Shown one piece after another: positions 57,713 to 64,000 of a DNA stretch of 64,000 nucleotides. The notes under the pieces were generated by a model that was not told the origin of the DNA, did not search any database, and saw nothing but the letters and a program-made list of their open reading frames with translations. Each line of letters opens with the position of its first letter. Positions within the stretch are counted from its first letter, which is position 1. Source of the DNA: the human T2T-CHM13v2.0 reference genome, Homo sapiens; the NCBI RefSeq assembly GCF_009914755.1, contig NC_060926.1; one strand, written 5' to 3'. The position numbers were made by a program, and so were the translations under genes.

Positions 57713-58001
57713 GGCTGGTCACAGTAGCTCATGCATGTAATTCCAGCACTTTGGGAGACTGAGGCAGGAAGATCATTTGCAGCCATGAACTGGAGGCCAG
57801 CCTGGGCAATGTAATGAGACCCTGGGTATACAAAAAATTTCTAAAATTAGCCAGGTGTGATGCCATGCACCTGTAGTTCCAACTACTCAGGAGGCTGAGG
57901 CGGGAGGATTGCTTGAACCCAGGAGTTCAAGGCTGCAGTGAGCTATGATTGCACCACTGCCCTCTAGCCTGGGCAATAGAGCAAGACTCTGTCTCCAAAA
58001 A
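57713..58001 (+). mobile_element. AluJ (Jo-like)
   Basis: gcgggaggattgcttgaacccaggagttcaaggctgcagtgagctatgattg. Confidence 0.9.
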
Positions 58002-60056
58002 ACTGTTCCTTCTACTAATTTAGATATATACTTTATTCTGAATTAGTAAGATTTTATCAACTGACTTAAAAGATTTTAGAAAGAAGAAAAAATTCTCATT
58101 CTTGTTTCTCTCTCAATTTTGAAATAGTAACTGAAAGTATATATCCTTATTTGGCTTATTCCTCACTTAATGTTAATCACTGTGCCTCTCACCTTTTCAC
58201 CAGAACATAAAGCTCAACTCTGGACACACTTGACACTGGACTTAAGGACTGTTGTAATAATACCAGATTCCAAGTCCATTTCTTTTGAATTGGTGCACTG
58301 TACACATAGGACTTAAACAGATTTATTTGGGTTTAATTTAAGATTTTTCTTTCTGCCTTTGTATCTAATAAACTATTTTTCATCTCTTTCCCCAAGGTTT
58401 TCAAATAGCTGGAAATTCATGAATACTTCACATTTTCATTTGAGTTTGAAGATTATAAATTTAGAATTTAAAAAAAATTTTTCATTTAAAAATAGAACAC
58501 TTGCAGTGAATTTAACATGTGCAAAGAAAGACATTTGATTTTGTTGGTAATTCAGTAAGATAACTAATGTGTACTTCAAAAATACAGGTAATATAAAATT
58601 TTGGAGTGAGCACTGTAATAGCCCCCAGTTTTGAGTCTTTTAAAAATAAAGTTGCTATCTAAGAACTGTTTTCCCCTTATAGTCCAATACAAATTTTAAT
58701 GGTAATATTGTGGAACAGAAATGAGAGTGTATCTAAAGCTTTGTTCATTTCTGGGGCATAACTCCTTTTTCATAGAAAATAGACTGTACTAGGCATAACT
58801 TGTTATATCTAATTTACCATAAAAAAATTTTTTTGATTATTCATGTGTGATCCTATTCAACAGAAAACTTGGGAGAGTTAAGTAAGGTAGATTGAGGCTA
58901 TAGTTGCCAGTCTAAACTCCTTTAGGTCATATTGATTAGATCACTCAATTGCATGTAAATGTTGATTCATTAATTGGTATTTCTTATGTCTGTCTTTTCT
59001 TCCCAACTACATTCCAGGACTTTGTAACAGAGATCCTTTTCTTATTTTCCCCTATATTCACTGTGACTCTTAGTGCAGCATTCTGCATTATAGTAGATAG
59101 TAAATATTTGTTGATTGAAATCATTGGGAGAAAGGATAGCAAGCAATAAAGAAAACAGAGCAAAATTACTCTAAAGTACATGTATTATCATGTCATTTAA
59201 TTTTTCTTGACTCTAATATTATAATGACTTCCATGGAAATGTCTTTGTGTTCTCTAAATCAACTTATCAGTGATCTACTTAAATATCAACGAATGAAATT
59301 TTGTTTACATTTCTTTGAGAAAAGTGGTTTCTGTAACTTAGCTGATTTTTTCAACAAAAGTTGTAGATGTCTTGTTTTCATTTGAAACACACTTTTAACA
59401 CAGTTGGTCGCAGTAGAATTTACTACATCTGAGGATACATAGTATCTTCAGTTTTCTGAATACTTGTCTGATTTCTAGCCCATATTTTTATAGATGGATT
59501 TACTTTAGGCGTTGAATCTATTGGCTTAAACTATGGTTTGTGGTTATGTTAGATGAATGTTGTTCTCTACTTTGATTTGTAATCAGAGAATAAAGTATTT
59601 TCACTTCAGTGTTTTATGAAACCAGCAGTAAAAATCATTTATAGTCTTGCAGATGGTCCTGCTTTCTTATTAAGGCTATAACTTAGTCATCATTATTATT
59701 AACATGAATAAATCAAAGTTTTTTTCATTACATGCTCTCCATAATATAGAGAATTAAGAGTGGTCTCAAAGATACTAAGTCTGAATAAATGGTAAAATAC
59801 TCATGTTAGAACTGTATTATTCAACAAAAACTACATTTAGGCACTTTTCTTAGCATGTGATGGAGATTATAAATACAAGCATACACCACACTTGCTGGAA
59901 GATGTGCCATTTTCATTAGATTATTTTCTGATATTCCATATTGTAATTTGTAATTGCTTTCATCTTAATTGTGGAATAAGTTTATATCATATTCTGCTTG
60001 TGTTATTAAAAATCTTTTAAAACGTACTCATTTCCAAAATTCATGTTCTTTACCAG

Positions 60057-60193
60057 TAACAGGGGGTATCACAGAAGAGCAGTTTCAGACACATCAGCAG
60101 CAGTTAGTTCAGATGCAAAGGCAGCAACTTGCCCAGCTTCAGCAGAAACAGCAATCTCAGCATTCCTCGCAACAGACACATCCAAAAGCACAG
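60057..60193 (+). CDS. EPC2: EPC2 coding exon (probably exon 11), Gln-rich, EPcC region
   Basis: ttaccag|taac ... cag|gtaaac; 137 nt. (V)TGGITEEQFQTHQQQLVQMQRQQLAQLQQKQQSQHSSQQTHPKAQ. Confidence 0.95.
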
Positions 60194-60667
60194 GTAAACT
60201 GCTCTTTTCGTCATAGTTACGTTTGTTTCTTTCATCATTATGTAGTTTTATTCCATTTTAGTCAAGTCACAGAAGATAATCTTGGTTTTGCCACTCTTGA
60301 TTTGGGGTCTGTAACCTGAATTTCTTTTCAGTTAATGTACGTAATTTTAAGTGACTAGCTTATAAACTAATCTCTTAATATTTTGAGAAGAGTGCTGGAG
60401 CCAAATATGGTATTTTAAATTTTTTGAAGGGTTGTTGAGAATTTATAGAAGTAATTATATATGTAGTTGTAAGAATCATTCTCCACCTCCACTCCCCCAA
60501 AGATTTTTTTGAAAGATAAAACTTTCCTAACCACTTCCTAAACTATGTGTTTAAGTGCATGTGGATGTGCTCCATGAGCTGGGCAGTAATTCAGTTGAAT
60601 TGTGCAATACATCAACAGCATAACCCCTTGCCATTGTGAATCACATTTCCCTGTTGAAGAAAATTGC

Positions 60668-60967
<300 letters not shown>

Positions 60968-61084
60968 TTAATTAAAATTTTTTAAAATGAAGAAGAAAAT
61001 TGCCACTAGGGGAAGTTGTTTGTAGACACCACTAAATAAAGATGCTAGAGATAAGAATAAAAATACTTCATAAAACCATAATTG

Positions 61085-61192
61085 CCAGAAGGAACCAGCC
61101 CTGCCAACACCTTGATTTTAACCCCATAAGCTTCATTGTGGACTTCTGGCCTGCAGAACTATATGATAATAAATTTCTCTTTTAAGCCACTA
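61085..61192 (+). mobile_element. MLT1 LTR fragment
   Basis: agaaggaaccagccctgccaacaccttgatttt...gacttctggcctgcagaact...ataataaatttct..tttaagccac. Confidence 0.75.
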
Positions 61193-62014
61193 AAAGCAAA
61201 ACTAAGAAATCTATTTCAAATTTGAACCACCTGAAAAACATAAACCTTGCGTTTTAGGTCTTAAGTTTTATTGCTCTATAATTCTAAAACCACTTCTAAA
61301 GTAATAACTGAGGTTTACTCAATTTTGGTTATATTTTGTGAGCTCTCAGGCTAGAATCTGCCCATTGTAGTTCAGCCCATTCTCAAAGGGTCAGTACACT
61401 GACTTTAAAGATCCTGACTCCAGTAACATGAAAATCTCAGTGACCCTGGAATGCAACACTCCTGTGACATCCAGGTGGATCTGGGACTTGCTCAAGGACT
61501 AGGGCTGTAGGACTTAGTAACTAGGACTTAGTAACCAGTTTTATACAGAATCAAGGAGGAATGGCCATTTAACTTTACTTTGTTTGCTTTTTCTGAGTCT
61601 CCTGGTTAACCAACCAAAAGTATTTTCATCCTATTTCAGGGTTAGGCCAAGATAGGTTTTCACATTGTGACAAAAATGTCTATTAATCATCTCTATGATT
61701 TCATTTTATCCAAGTATGTAGTTTTTCAAGCATTTTTAAAACCATTCATTAATATTTTTTGGAAAAATTAATAGAACATTAAAGCCTTGGGTTATTTAAT
61801 CTCTAGTTCTTTCTCAGAAATAACTTCTCAGTTTTTGTTCGTTTCCCTGCTTCATATGCCAAAAATCATCTATGGAATCGTAGATCGCTTAATCTAAACA
61901 CTTGTAATTGTTCAAGGTTAGAAAGGCAACAGCCTCTTGGGTTTGCCCCATCCCTTAATATGTTCATAAAATCACATCTAAAAATTAGAGTGTTTAACTT
62001 TGTTCATTTTATAG

Positions 62015-62174
62015 GGCTCAAGCACCTCTGACTGTATGTCTAAAACACTTGACTCAGCCAGCGCCCACTTTGCTGCATCTGCAGTGGTCAGTGCACCTGT
62101 TCCAAGTCGCAGTGAGGTAGCCAAGGAACAGAACACTGGCCACAACAACATAAACGGTGTTGTCCAGCCTTCAG
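62015..62174 (+). CDS. EPC2: EPC2 coding exon (probably exon 12)
   Basis: ttttatag|ggc ... tcag|gtacag; 160 nt. GSSTSDCMSKTLDSASAHFAASAVVSAPVPSRSEVAKEQNTGHNNINGVVQPS. Confidence 0.96.
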
Positions 62175-63085
62175 GTACAGCTGGGGTTTCACATGGTACC
62201 TACTTTCTTGAAGTTGTAACTCAGTGATTGGGAGTTTGTTTTTTGTTTTTTTATCCAAGGGGAAAATGTGTATAAGTCAATCAGGACTCTTTAGGATTTC
62301 TTTGGAAAGATAGTGGGAAATAGGTAGATGTTTTCTAGAATTCATGTAGAATCTACTCCTTGTTTTCTCCCTCATCCATTGAATACATACCTGTGTAACA
62401 TTCTACCCTTCCTGGTTTCATTCACATACTGTCAGTTGCCTCACATCTTAGGAAATCTGTTGAGCTAACCATCCCCATTGAATCATGCATGCATTGATAA
62501 AAAAGTGAAAGATAATCCAGGACAGTAATAAATTGGAAATCAGATTTGCCTTCCCACTCTTACATACTGCTCATAGGCATACTAACTCTGGCTCCCGCTC
62601 TTTAGATAGAGTATTGCTGTGAAACCCTGTGTGCTTCTTAGTACCCTGAGTCCGCAAAGACTTGTTATTCCTATCATCCTTCAACTACCTCTCAGACCCT
62701 AGGATTTTCCAGTTGCTTTTATATATACCCATGAACCTGATTGTCCATTTTTACTAATATTCATGCATGTGTACATACTTAGGGAAACCCAACTGTCATT
62801 TCCATCTGTCCTGTTATACTTAACTCCACAGTTGCCAGATACAGGCAGCAGAATACTTTGCAAAGCCGTTTTATGTAGACCAGTAGAAAGAGGGTGTTTT
62901 GGGGGTTGTAGCAGATTAGTACATTCTACTTAGTGATCAGAAGCTCCCTTTGGAGAGACCAGTGTGTGAAAAGTTAACTTGGCATTCAATTCAAATACAA
63001 ATGTTCGTATTTATTTTATTAAGCTTCTAAAAATAGTTGTATTGATGTCTCATGATACTAGTTGAATGACTTCTTTCTTTTTCAG

Positions 63086-63419
63086 GAACCTCTAAAACAT
63101 TATACTCCACCAATATGGCTTTATCATCCAGCCCAGGGATTTCAGCTGTACAGCTTGTAAGGACAGTTGGCCACACCACTACAAACCACTTAATCCCAGC
63201 ATTGTGCACAAGCAGTCCTCAGACACTTCCCATGAACAATTCCTGCCTGACAAATGCAGTGCACCTCAATAATGTCAGTGTTGTTTCTCCAGTCAATGTG
63301 CATATCAATACACGGACTTCAGCACCATCGCCAACAGCCTTAAAACTTGCCACAGTTGCTGCCAGTATGGACAGAGTGCCAAAGGTTACTCCCAGCAGTG
63401 CCATCAGCAGCATAGCAAG
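63086..63419 (+). CDS. EPC2: EPC2 coding exon (probably exon 13, penultimate)
   Basis: tttttcag|ga acc ... gcaag|gtgtgt; 334 nt. (G)TSKTLYSTNMALSSSPGISAVQLVRT...VPKVTPSSAISSIA(R). Confidence 0.96.
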
Positions 63420-63433
63420 GTGTGTGTGTGTGT
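63420..63433 (+). repeat. (GT)7 microsatellite starting at the donor GT of the last exon in the window
   Basis: gcaag|gtgtgtgtgtgtgt. Confidence 0.9.
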
Positions 63434-63652
63434 TTCAGTGATTTTTCTCCCTTTGTGCTGGCTGTCCTGTGGGAAGAAAAAGACTTTTTTTTACACTGCT
63501 CAAGCAATAGGTGTTTATTGACAGACTTGATTTTCAATAGATACTGAAGATCTGTATAAAGCTCTGTGACTTAGGTATTTGTTTAAGGTGCCTAGTAGGA
63601 TGCTTAAATGCCAACCTAGTAGGATTGTTAGAGAAAGACAGAGTAGTAGTAG

Positions 63653-64000
<348 letters not shown>

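Overview
This is primate (almost certainly human) genomic DNA from inside the EPC2 gene (Enhancer of Polycomb homolog 2, a NuA4/TIP60 subunit), on the + strand. Eleven coding exons (22010-63419) have canonical AG/GT ends and compatible phases, and join into one open frame from PFNLDNEQPDYDMDSEDE to PSSAISSIAR. From my recollection of the protein these are exons 3-13; the start and last exons lie outside the window. The rest is AT-rich intron with about 25 Alu/FLAM copies, L1/L2/MIR fragments, an MSTA solo LTR and several DNA-transposon MITEs. Most ORFs in the track are repeat artefacts. I found no prokaryotic-type system, CRISPR array or novel protein gene. The best signals are: (1) a tailless retrocopy of a tRNA-Arg(ACG) 5' half with perfect 17-bp target-site duplications, a possible pre-tRNA leader and an unedited anticodon; (2) several templated-insertion scars, including an interleaved (pseudoknot-topology) double inverted repeat; (3) a possible decayed hAT transposase fossil; (4) splice-site oddities and two candidate poison exons. 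Repeat subfamilies and boundaries were assigned by eye and are approximate.
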